A stretch of DNA of 29,171 nt from Phycisphaeraceae bacterium (GTDB taxonomy: Bacteria > Planctomycetota > Phycisphaerae > Phycisphaerales > SM1A02), in contig JBEIUL010000001.1 in assembly GCA_040374395.1 (NCBI GenBank), forward strand, positions 1-29,171. The letters run 5' to 3'. Made by a program: the position numbers and the translations under genes. The notes under the pieces are model-generated. The model saw nothing but the letters and a program-made list of their open reading frames with translations. It searched no databases and was not told the DNA's origin. Below are positions 15,091-23,500 of the stretch, piece after piece; the stretch's first letter is position 1; each line of letters opens with the position of its first letter.

Positions 15091-15543
15091 TCACCGCTTC
15101 GGCGGCTCGAGCCCGTCGCGGACCCGCACGATCTTCACGTCGAAGTGACCGGGGTCATTGGGCTCGGTGCCGCGGATGAACCGGATCGTCCGGGCGTCGC
15201 GGATCTTCTGCTCGTCGTCGCCCATCGCGGGGATCCGCTCGGGGGCCACGAAGAACCGCTCATCATCGCCGTCGAACGAGACGGTCATCTCGGCCCGAGA
15301 CCATGCCTTGAGGGGCAGCATCACCTGGCCGCGGTCGTCGGTCGTGCCCGTGACCGGCTCGACCTTCGGCCGCCCCATCACGTCGCCGGGCCCGATCGAC
15401 ACGGTGGCGCCCTCGATGAGGTCGCCCGATTCCTTCTCGGAGACGGTGAAGAGGTAGGCGCCGGCCTTCGGCCCCGAGCAGGCGGCGAGGAAGGTCGCGG
15501 CGGAGACACAGCACATCGAGAGGATGGCCCGGATCGGCTTCAT
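15091..15543 (-). CDS. Hypothetical lipoprotein, 150 aa
   Basis: Signal peptide with lipobox FLAAC. Beta-rich sequence (LFTVSEKESGDLIEGATVSI, GTTDDRGQVML) reminiscent of prealbumin-like folds. TATGCT lies 9 nt upstream of the ATG. Confidence 0.75.
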   Translation of the reverse strand: MKPIRAILSMCCVSAATFLAACSGPKAGAYLFTVSEKESGDLIEGATVSIGPGDVMGRPKVEPVTGTTDDRGQVMLPLKAWSRAEMTVSFDGDDERFFVAPERIPAMGDDEQKIRDARTIRFIRGTEPNDPGHFDVKIVRVRDGLEPPKR

Positions 15544-15580
15544 GGTGCGCGAAGCATACCCGTGGCGGCCGCGGGCGGGG

Positions 15581-16990
15581 TCAATCGCGAGCCGGCTTCC
15601 CCTCGAGGTAGTCGAGCGAGATGCCGTAGGTCTCCCGCATCCCGAGGACGCCGACGAAGCCGATGCCGAGGACGATCACCGCGGCGACCGCGGCGGCCTG
15701 CCACGGGCCTGACCCCTCGCTGCCGAAGAGCCCCTCGAGGGAGGTCCAGAGCAGGGCCGTCCATGCCGCCGACCAGCGGACGATGTTCGGGGCGGTCGTG
15801 GCCGCGGTCGCCCGGAGGTCGGTGCCGAAACTCTCGGCGGCGGTGGTCGCGAAGACCGCCCAGTAGCCAGCCCCGAAACCGAGCAGGGCGACGCTCGCGT
15901 AGAACCACTGGATGCCCAGGGCCCCGATCGTGAAATAGGCCGCGGCCCCGATCGCGGTGATCACGAGGAACACCACGATCGCCCCCCGACGAGACCGCAT
16001 CAGCTGGCTCAGCAGGCCGCTCGCGAGGTCTCCCGCGGCGAGGCCGAGATAGCACCACATGATCGCCTTCGCCGGATGCGGCTTCTGGTCGGAGGCAAGC
16101 CCGAGCGAGGTGCCGATCACGTCGGAGTACTTCACGAGCGTCCCGACCACGAACCAGATGGGAACCGCGACGAGGATCACCGAGAGGTACCGCTTCAGCC
16201 GCTCCGGGGGCCAGAACAGCCGCCAGAACGCCCCGCGACCGCTCGCCCGCTCTTCCTTCAGGTTCACGAACATCCCGCTCTCGACGACGCCGACCCGCAG
16301 GGCTAGGAGCGCCAGGCCGAGCAGGCCGCCGATGAAGAACGCGGTCCGCCAGCCGACGAAGGTCGTGACGAAGTACGCCGCGACGGCGCCGAGGATTCCC
16401 ACCGTCGCCACGATGGTGGTCGCGAAGCCGCGCTTCTCGCGCGAAACCAGCTCGCTCACCAGCGTGATGCCCGCGCCGAGCTCGCCCGCAAGGCCGAAGC
16501 CCGCGACGAACCGCAGCACCTCGTACTGCCGCGTCGCGGTGCCGAGGCCGATCGCATGCAGGAAGCCGAGCGGCGATCCGTCGGGGATGTCGGCGATGAA
16601 GGCGTTCAGGATGTTCGCGACCGAGTAGGTCAGGATGCTGCCGAAGAGGACCGAGAGCCGGCCGCGGCGGTCGCCGAGGATGCCCCAGACCAGGCCGCCG
16701 ACGAGCAGCCCGCTCGTCTGGAGGATGTTGTCGAGCCAGATGCCCCAGTCCTTGAGCAGCTGGTCCTGCAGGTCGGGGTGCAGCGTCGCGAGTTGCGGCG
16801 CGAGCACCTCCTGCAGCGAGGCCTTCCGCAGCATCGCGAAGAGCAGCAGGTCGAAGATGTCGACGAAGTAGCCGAGGGCGGCGACCAGCACCGCCAGGGC
16901 GACCGCCGGCGGGACCGGCCCGATGCCCCAGTCGATGCGACGGCGGGCGGCGGGCTGGTCCGGGCGTCCGTGCTCCGGGGCGGGGTCCAT
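15581..16990 (-). CDS. MFS transporter, ~469 aa
   Basis: About 12 hydrophobic segments. LGYFVDIFDLLLF, motif A GILGDRRGR, RFVAGFGLAGE and AESFGTDLRATA. The start at 16990 is tentative, and the ORF-track start at 17425 overlaps the divergent gene. Confidence 0.88.
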   Translation of the reverse strand: MDPAPEHGRPDQPAARRRIDWGIGPVPPAVALAVLVAALGYFVDIFDLLLFAMLRKASLQEVLAPQLATLHPDLQDQLLKDWGIWLDNILQTSGLLVGGLVWGILGDRRGRLSVLFGSILTYSVANILNAFIADIPDGSPLGFLHAIGLGTATRQYEVLRFVAGFGLAGELGAGITLVSELVSREKRGFATTIVATVGILGAVAAYFVTTFVGWRTAFFIGGLLGLALLALRVGVVESGMFVNLKEERASGRGAFWRLFWPPERLKRYLSVILVAVPIWFVVGTLVKYSDVIGTSLGLASDQKPHPAKAIMWCYLGLAAGDLASGLLSQLMRSRRGAIVVFLVITAIGAAAYFTIGALGIQWFYASVALLGFGAGYWAVFATTAAESFGTDLRATAATTAPNIVRWSAAWTALLWTSLEGLFGSEGSGPWQAAAVAAVIVLGIGFVGVLGMRETYGISLDYLEGKPARD

Positions 16991-17073
16991 GCCGGGCAGT
17001 TTCCGGGACCATGGCCCGCTCGGCAACCCGGACCGATTCCGCCGAAACCCTTGGGCCGCTGCGGCCGCCGCCG

Positions 17074-17079
17074 TAGACT
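17074..17079 (+). promoter_or_regulatory. Putative -10 element (TAGACT) for the prepilin-like gene
   Basis: TAGACT 29 nt before ATG 17109, with a GAGGAG SD in between. Confidence 0.45.
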
Positions 17080-17108
17080 GGCCGAAGTTCCGTCCGAGGA
17101 GACCCCCG

Positions 17109-17945
17109 ATGCCCGCGCGATCCGACGCCCGTCCCGCCCCCGGTTTCACCGTCACCGAGCTGCTGGTGGTCATCGCGATCATCACGCTGCTCGTGTCGCT
17201 CGTCGTCTCGGCGGCCGGGCCGCTCCGCCAGAGCGCCTGGAGCACGAAGGACCTGACGCAGATGCGCACGCTGGCCCAGGCCATGAGTTCGTACGCGTCG
17301 GACCAGGCCGGCCGCCTGCCGAGCCCGCGGACCAAGAACGAGACGGTCGCGACGGGCATGGCCCCCGTCAGCAACGCGTGGGTGAACACGAACGCCGCGG
17401 GCGGCGTGGTGAGCGGCTGGGACACCGAGAAGAGCCTGGCCGGGGGCTCGCTCTGGCCGTACGTGAACGCCGAGTCCGCAATCTACAAGTCGCCCTTCGA
17501 CACCACGAGAATGGCCCGCTCGTACTCGATGAGCGGGTACGTCGGAAGCGGCGGGCTGAACCTCACCATGAACCCGCCGAAGCTGTGCGACGACTGGTGG
17601 ATCGAGTTCGGCAAGAACACCACCACCGTCGGGAAGATCCCGCAGCCCTCGAACACCATGGCGTTCATCGGCGAGGACGACCCCGATGCGAACTTCAACG
17701 AGCACGGCTGGTGCCATCCCGCGCTGAACACCAGCACGTGGATCGGCAAGTGGATCGACCTCCCGCCGCTGTGGGGCGGCAACTCGATCAACATCAGCAT
17801 GGTCGACGGGTCGGCCCAGTCGCTGAAGATCCTCTCGCCGCGGCTGCGGGAGTGGTTCCAGACGCACGGGCACAACAGCTTCGAGCCCGCGCCCTACGTC
17901 GCGTGGCGGATCATGCGGCAGCACACGCTGCCCGGCGCGTACTGA
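17109..17945 (+). CDS. Prepilin-type N-terminal cleavage/methylation domain protein (planctomycete orphan pilin-like), 278 aa
   Basis: GFTVTELLVVIAIITLLVSL cleavage motif with conserved Glu5, SYSMSGY, and C-terminal NISMVDGS resembling the H-X9-DG-associated motif. Confidence 0.85.
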   Translation: MPARSDARPAPGFTVTELLVVIAIITLLVSLVVSAAGPLRQSAWSTKDLTQMRTLAQAMSSYASDQAGRLPSPRTKNETVATGMAPVSNAWVNTNAAGGVVSGWDTEKSLAGGSLWPYVNAESAIYKSPFDTTRMARSYSMSGYVGSGGLNLTMNPPKLCDDWWIEFGKNTTTVGKIPQPSNTMAFIGEDDPDANFNEHGWCHPALNTSTWIGKWIDLPPLWGGNSINISMVDGSAQSLKILSPRLREWFQTHGHNSFEPAPYVAWRIMRQHTLPGAY

Positions 17946-17954
17946 GCGGCCGGT

Positions 17955-18383
17955 TCACGGCGCCGGCGGCGCGGTGAGCCCGTTCTCCTCCTCGACGATC
18001 GCCCGCACCGCCCGCTGGCCCTCGTCGTCGAGTTCGTTCGCCATCGACCACGCCTGCACCGCCTCGCTCGCGGCAAGCAGGGCGTCCTTGAGTTTCCGCA
18101 ACTCGGCCTGCTGCTCCTCGGTGAAGCCGTCGGTGCCGAACGACCGTCGTTTCTCGTCGAGGGCCTTGCGGGCCGCGACCTCGCGGCGGATGAGCGTGCG
18201 GATCGGGTCCCAGCGGGGATCCTTCGAGGCGGTCACCGCGGCCGGATCGGGCTGGACCGGCGGCAGCGGCGGGAGCGCCTTCTCGACGGCGGCCAGGTCG
18301 GGCTCGCCCTCGCCGCAGGCGGCAAGCGGCAGGACCATCGTGCAGGCGAGCGGAATCGCGACGACAAGGCGGGCCGGATGCAT
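17955..18383 (-). CDS. Hypothetical lipoprotein with helical-bundle C-terminus, 142 aa
   Basis: Tail of ORF 17955..19895: MHPARLVVAIPLACTMVLPLAACGEGEP has lipobox LAAC, a Pro-rich linker and amphipathic helices. TATAGT (18390-18395) lies 6 nt upstream of the ATG. Confidence 0.75.
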   Translation of the reverse strand: MHPARLVVAIPLACTMVLPLAACGEGEPDLAAVEKALPPLPPVQPDPAAVTASKDPRWDPIRTLIRREVAARKALDEKRRSFGTDGFTEEQQAELRKLKDALLAASEAVQAWSMANELDDEGQRAVRAIVEEENGLTAPPAP

Positions 18384-18424
18384 CGATTCACTATACCGAC
18401 GCCCGTCGGCGAACCCGTGCCGCG

Positions 18425-19744
18425 TCACCGCTGGAAGTCGTACACGCTGCCGATGCCGAGGATCCGCGTGAGCTCGTCGAGGGCGTCGCGGCTTTCGACC
18501 AGCAGCGACGGGTCGGCGAGGTCGGCGGCCCGCAGGTCCTCGCGATAGCGGCGGCGGACCCAGTCCTCGAGCGTGGCGTGCTGCCCGGGCGAGAAGCGCG
18601 ACCCGGGGTTCACCGCGGCGAGCTCGGCGTCCTCGAGCGGAACCCGCAGCCGCAGGCACGCCGGCCCGCCGCCGTTCCGCATGCTCTCGCGGACGTCGAG
18701 GAAATGCGCCTCGGCGATCGGGTTGGCCGGATCCGACACGATGCGGTCGACGACGCTCGCGACGGCGGGGTCCTCGCGTGACTCGACCGGCAGCACGAGG
18801 GCCAGGCGGCCGTCGGGCCGCTCGAGCAGCTGCGAGTTGAAGAGGTAGGTGCGCACCGCGGTCTCGACCGGCACCTCGGCCATCCGGACCTCGACGACCG
18901 CCAGCCCGGGGATCCGCTCGCGAAGTGCGGCAAGCGTCTTCTCCCGCTCGGCGAAGGCGTGCTCGTGGGCGAGCAGCGTGCGGCCGGCGCCGACCGCGAT
19001 CACGTCGTTGTGGAAGACGCCCGCATCGATCGAGTCGGCCCGTTGCCGCGCGAACACCGTGCGGCTCGGGTCGAGCCCGTGAAGCCTCGCGACCGCCTCG
19101 CTCGCGTTCAGCGTCTGCCGGGCGGGGTAACGGCGCGGCGCGTCGGGCTCGCGCTCCGATCGCCCATGCACGAAGAGATGCACGCCCTTCCCGTCGGGCC
19201 CGTCGAACCGCGTGTGGTTCGCGGCCCCCTCGTCGCCGAAGAGCTCGGCGGCCGGCAGCGGCTCGTGGTGCGTGAAGCGGTTCGCGTCGGGGAACGTCGC
19301 GGCCAGCACCCGCGCGGTCACCGCGGGCTCGATCGAACGATGGAACATCGCCCGCAGGTTGGCCGGCGTGAAATGCACGCGGCCGTCGGCGGCGTCGCGC
19401 GACGGCGCGACGGTCGCGGCGTTCGCCGTCCACATCGGGCTCGCGCTCGACACCCGGGCGAGCAGCGTCGGGTCGGACCTCGCGACCTCGGCCAGCAACG
19501 CCGCGTCGCTTCCGCGGAAGCCGAGCCGCCGCAGCGTCGGCAGGTGCGGCCGCTCGTGCGGCGGCAGGTAGCCCTGCTCGATGCCGAGCGACGCGACGAA
19601 CGCCATCTTCGCGAGGCCCTGCAGGGCCGCCGCCCGCGGATGCGAGACCGCACCCTCGTTCCGCTGGCTCGCGACGTTGCCGTACGAGAGCCCCGCGTAG
19701 TTGTGGGTGGGCCCGACGATCCCGTCGAAGTTCGCCTCGCGCAC
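18425..19744 (-). CDS. astB: N-succinylarginine dihydrolase, 439 aa
   Basis: EANFDGIVGPTHNYAGLSYGNVAS, SSASPMWTANAAT, FTPANL, DEGAANH, GVFHNDVI, SMRNGGGPACLRLRV (catalytic Cys) and C-terminal SVYDFQR. GTG 19744 has a GGAGG SD. Confidence 0.95.
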   Translation of the reverse strand: MREANFDGIVGPTHNYAGLSYGNVASQRNEGAVSHPRAAALQGLAKMAFVASLGIEQGYLPPHERPHLPTLRRLGFRGSDAALLAEVARSDPTLLARVSSASPMWTANAATVAPSRDAADGRVHFTPANLRAMFHRSIEPAVTARVLAATFPDANRFTHHEPLPAAELFGDEGAANHTRFDGPDGKGVHLFVHGRSEREPDAPRRYPARQTLNASEAVARLHGLDPSRTVFARQRADSIDAGVFHNDVIAVGAGRTLLAHEHAFAEREKTLAALRERIPGLAVVEVRMAEVPVETAVRTYLFNSQLLERPDGRLALVLPVESREDPAVASVVDRIVSDPANPIAEAHFLDVRESMRNGGGPACLRLRVPLEDAELAAVNPGSRFSPGQHATLEDWVRRRYREDLRAADLADPSLLVESRDALDELTRILGIGSVYDFQR

Positions 19745-19758
19745 CGGGCCCTCCGCTC

Positions 19759-20355
19759 TCAGGGCAGCAGGTTGCGGAAGGCCTTCGCCCACTCCTCGCA
19801 GGCCCGCTCGGCGGTACCGAGCCGCGACAGCTTCTCGGTCGAGAACCGCTTGGTGTCGGTCTCGGACGAGAAGGCCGCGACGACCTTCGGGTCACCCTCG
19901 ATGGTCGCGTAGATCTCGCACGCGGCCTCGCCGTAGCCGAGCTTCATCATCTGGGTCTGCGGCGCGACGTTCAGCCCCGGCGTGTTCGGCTTCACGTAGG
20001 TGAAGGCCGCGTGGACGACCAGGGTCTTGGTGCCGGTGCCCGCCGCCGGCGCGAGCGCCGTCTCGAGCTGCCCGCGCATGACGTCCTTCAGCTTGGTCCA
20101 GTCCTCATCCTCGAGCTCGATGATGGCGCCGGGCGCCCGCGTCACCGGCTCGATGCGGACCGAACCGAAGTCGGCGGTCGAGAGGGTCGAAAGCCGGAAC
20201 TCGGCGGTCTCGTCGTCGTCGGCACTGGGGGTCAGCGGCACGCTCATCGGGACGAAGCCGGTGCGGGCGACGGACTTGCCGCCGCCGCAACCGACCGGAA
20301 ACAGGCAGGAAACGACCAGGATGGTGCAGACCAGGGTGGATCGGGGGGACGTCAT
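19759..20355 (-). CDS. Lipoprotein, DUF3313-like, 198 aa
   Basis: Signal peptide with PVGC lipobox. Segments VRIEPV, VKPNTPGLNV, LGYGEAACEI and AERACEEWAKAF resemble DUF3313 lipoproteins. ATG 20355. Confidence 0.62.
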   Translation of the reverse strand: MTSPRSTLVCTILVVSCLFPVGCGGGKSVARTGFVPMSVPLTPSADDDETAEFRLSTLSTADFGSVRIEPVTRAPGAIIELEDEDWTKLKDVMRGQLETALAPAAGTGTKTLVVHAAFTYVKPNTPGLNVAPQTQMMKLGYGEAACEIYATIEGDPKVVAAFSSETDTKRFSTEKLSRLGTAERACEEWAKAFRNLLP

Positions 20356-20540
20356 GGGATGGGCAAGGTATCGGAAGCCCGGCCGCCTGTCGGACTTGGG
20401 CGTCGCTCGCGGTCGACGGGGGATGTTCCCCATTCGAACCGCCCTCCGCGGCTAATTCGTTGCGACGCCTCCCAGCGGCGGGGAACGTGCCGACTTGCGC
20501 CGGCCTCGGGCTCGCGCCTCGCCCCCTTGCAGGTGGTCTC

Positions 20541-23500
20541 ATGAACCCGTCGCTCGTCACATCCGGCCTGGTCTCGCTCGTTCTCGCTTCGACCCTCGTC
20601 GCCGCCCCGCCCGCCGGCAAGCCGGTCGCGCAGGCCGCCGAGCGGACCCTGCGGTCGGTCCACGTCTCGCCGACCGACGTGTTCCACGGCGCCGGCTCGT
20701 TCCGGGTGTTCACGCCGTTCGACGATGTCGCGGTGCCGCTGGTGCGGAAGGACGGGGCATGGCTCGTCACCGACGGATCGGGCGGGTCGATGGACGTCTA
20801 CCCGACCTCGCAGGGCGACTTCTACGTGCTGAGGTCGCCGACCCACCAGCGCATCGAGATGCGGCCGGTCGGCGGCGGCGCGTACGTCGTCGAGCAGCGG
20901 CCGCTCGACCCGGCGGGGTGCGCGGTGCCCGAGAACGCGGCGCCGCCGGCGCCGGAGGGCGGCGTCGCCGGCAACTGCGACACCGCGGCGATCGTCGACG
21001 TCATGGTGCTCTGGACCCCCGAGGCCCGCGTCGACGCGGGCGGCCTCGCGGCGATCCAGGCGCGGGCCGAGGCCGCGGTCTCGGCGACGAACGCAGCCTA
21101 CGAGGGCTCGGGCATCGCGACGCGGGTGCGGCTGGTCTACTCGGGCGAGGCGAACTACAGCGAGGCGGGCCAGTCCTACGGCAACATCCTCTCGCAGCTC
21201 ACCAACCAGGGCGACGGCGTGCTCGACGACGTGCACGCCCTGCGCGACACCTACGGCGCCGACCTCGTGAGCATGCTCATCATGAATCCCACCTATTGCG
21301 GCGTGGCGTGGCTCGACCCGTTCAACCCGGCGTCGGGCTTCAGCCTCGTCACGTGGGATTGCGACGCCCTGGTGAACGCCCACGAGTGGGGCCACAACTT
21401 CGGCTGCTGCCACGCCCCGGGCGACGGCGGCGGCTGCACGACCGGCGGCATCTACCCGTACTCGCTCGGCCACCGCTTCACCGGCCAGAGCGGCACGCAG
21501 TGGCGGACGGTCATGGCGTACTCGCCGGGCGTCCGCATCAACCGCTTCTCGTCGCCCAACGTGATCTACGACGGAGTCGCGACCGGCCTGCCCGGCAACG
21601 GCTCGGAGGGTCGCGACAACGTCCGCACGCACCAGGAGACGTCGCTCAGCATCGCGAACTTCCGCTGCACGGTGAACGCCGACACCGACGGCGACGGCGT
21701 GCTGAACCATCTCGACAACTGCATCGCGACGCCGAATCCCGACCAGGTCGATTCCGACGGCGACGGCAAGGGGAACGCCTGCGACGGCTGCCCGAGTGAT
21801 CCGGCGAAGATCGCGCCGGGCACCTGCGGCTGCGGCACGAGCGACGAGGATCTTGACGGGAACGGCACGCCCGACTGCGATCCGAGCCTGATCGTGGCGA
21901 GCGGCCCGGGCGGCTCGGTGCCCGATGGCAGCCCGGTCGGCTTCACGTCCACGGCGAACGTGACCGCGACGGGCTCGCTGCAGACGGTGGGGGTGCGCAT
22001 CGAGGGCCTCTACACCACCTGGTGCGGCGACATGGTTGCGACGCTGACCGCGCCCGACGGCACGACGGTCCCGCTCGTCACGCGGATCGGCCTGGTCACC
22101 TCGGGCTGGGGCGACGATTCCGACCTCAGCGGCTCGTACCTCTTCCGCGACGGTGGCGCGAACATCTGGACGGCCGCCGCGGCGGTCGGTTCGGGCTCGC
22201 CGATCCCGCCGGGGGCCTACGCCGCCAGCGGCGCCGGCAGCGGAAACGCCGTCTCGCTCGTCGCGGCCCTGTCCGGCAAGCCGATCAACGGAGCGTGGAA
22301 GCTGAAGGTGGTCGATCCGGCGTCGCCTGACCCCACGTCGTTCTCGGGCTGGAAGCTTCTTCTCAAGACCAGCCCGACCGACACCGACGGCGACGGGACG
22401 CTCGACGATGTCGACACCGACGACGACAACGACGGCACGCCCGACGCGAGCGACGGCTGCCCGCTCGACGCGAACAAGATCTTCCCGGGAACCTGCGGCT
22501 GCGGCGTGGCCGAGACCGACTCCGACGGCGACGGTGTCGCCAACTGCGTCGACGGCTGCCCGACCGACGCGGCGAAGACGGCGCCCGGCGCCTGCGGCTG
22601 CGGCGTTCCCGAGACCGATTCCGACGGCGACGGTTCGCCGAACTGCGTCGACGGCTGCCCGAGCGATCCGGCGAAGACGGCGGCTGGCGTGTGCGGCTGC
22701 GGCGTGTCGGAGGCCGACCTCGACGGCGACGGGCTGCCCGATTGCCAAGGGAGTGCGGTGAGCGCGACGGGAACCGGCGGTTCGATTCCCGACGCGTCGG
22801 CCGCCGGTCGAACCTCGACGGTGAACATCTCGGCTGCGGCCAGCGTGGTGTCGGCCGCGGTCCGCGTCGACGGGCTCGTAAGCAGCTGGTGCGGCGACCT
22901 CGTCGCGACGCTGACGGCGCCCGACGGCACCGTGGTCACGCTCTTCAATCGCATCGGGCGCGTGACGACCGGCTGGGGCGACAATTCCGATTTCGCGGGG
23001 CTCTACACCTTCCGCGACGTGAACGCGGGCGCGATCTGGAACGAAGCGGCGACGGCCGCTTCCACGATGCCGATTCCGCCGGGTGCCTATCGCGCGACCG
23101 GCGCGGGCAGCGGAAACGCGCTGTCGATCGCGGCGGCGCTCGGCGGCAAGTCCGCGACGGGCACGTGGACGCTTCGGATCGCCGACGTGGAAGGCGGCGA
23201 CCTCGCATCGTTCACCGGATGGACGCTCTTCCTGAGCGTCGAGTTATCCGATGCCGACGGTGACGGGATTCCCGACGATACCGATCCCGACGACGACAAC
23301 GACGGCGTCGACGACGGGAACGATGGCTGTCCGCTCGACGCGACGAAATCGCAGCCGGGGCAGTGCGGCTGCGGAAGCCCCGACACCGACTCCGACGGCG
23401 ACGGCACGGCCGACTGCATTGACGGCTGCCCTTCCGACGGGAACAAGTCCTCGCCCGGATTCTGCGGTTGCGGCGTCCCCGACACCGACGGCGACAGCGA

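Noticed and set aside
20352-22748. 798-aa - strand ORF and other long Arg/Pro/Ala-rich ORFs across the track (for example 148..2043, 1497..3167, 15540..17924, 24504..26273)
   Set aside because: They overlap well-supported genes on another frame or strand and have no motifs. Long stop-free shadow frames are expected at this GC content.
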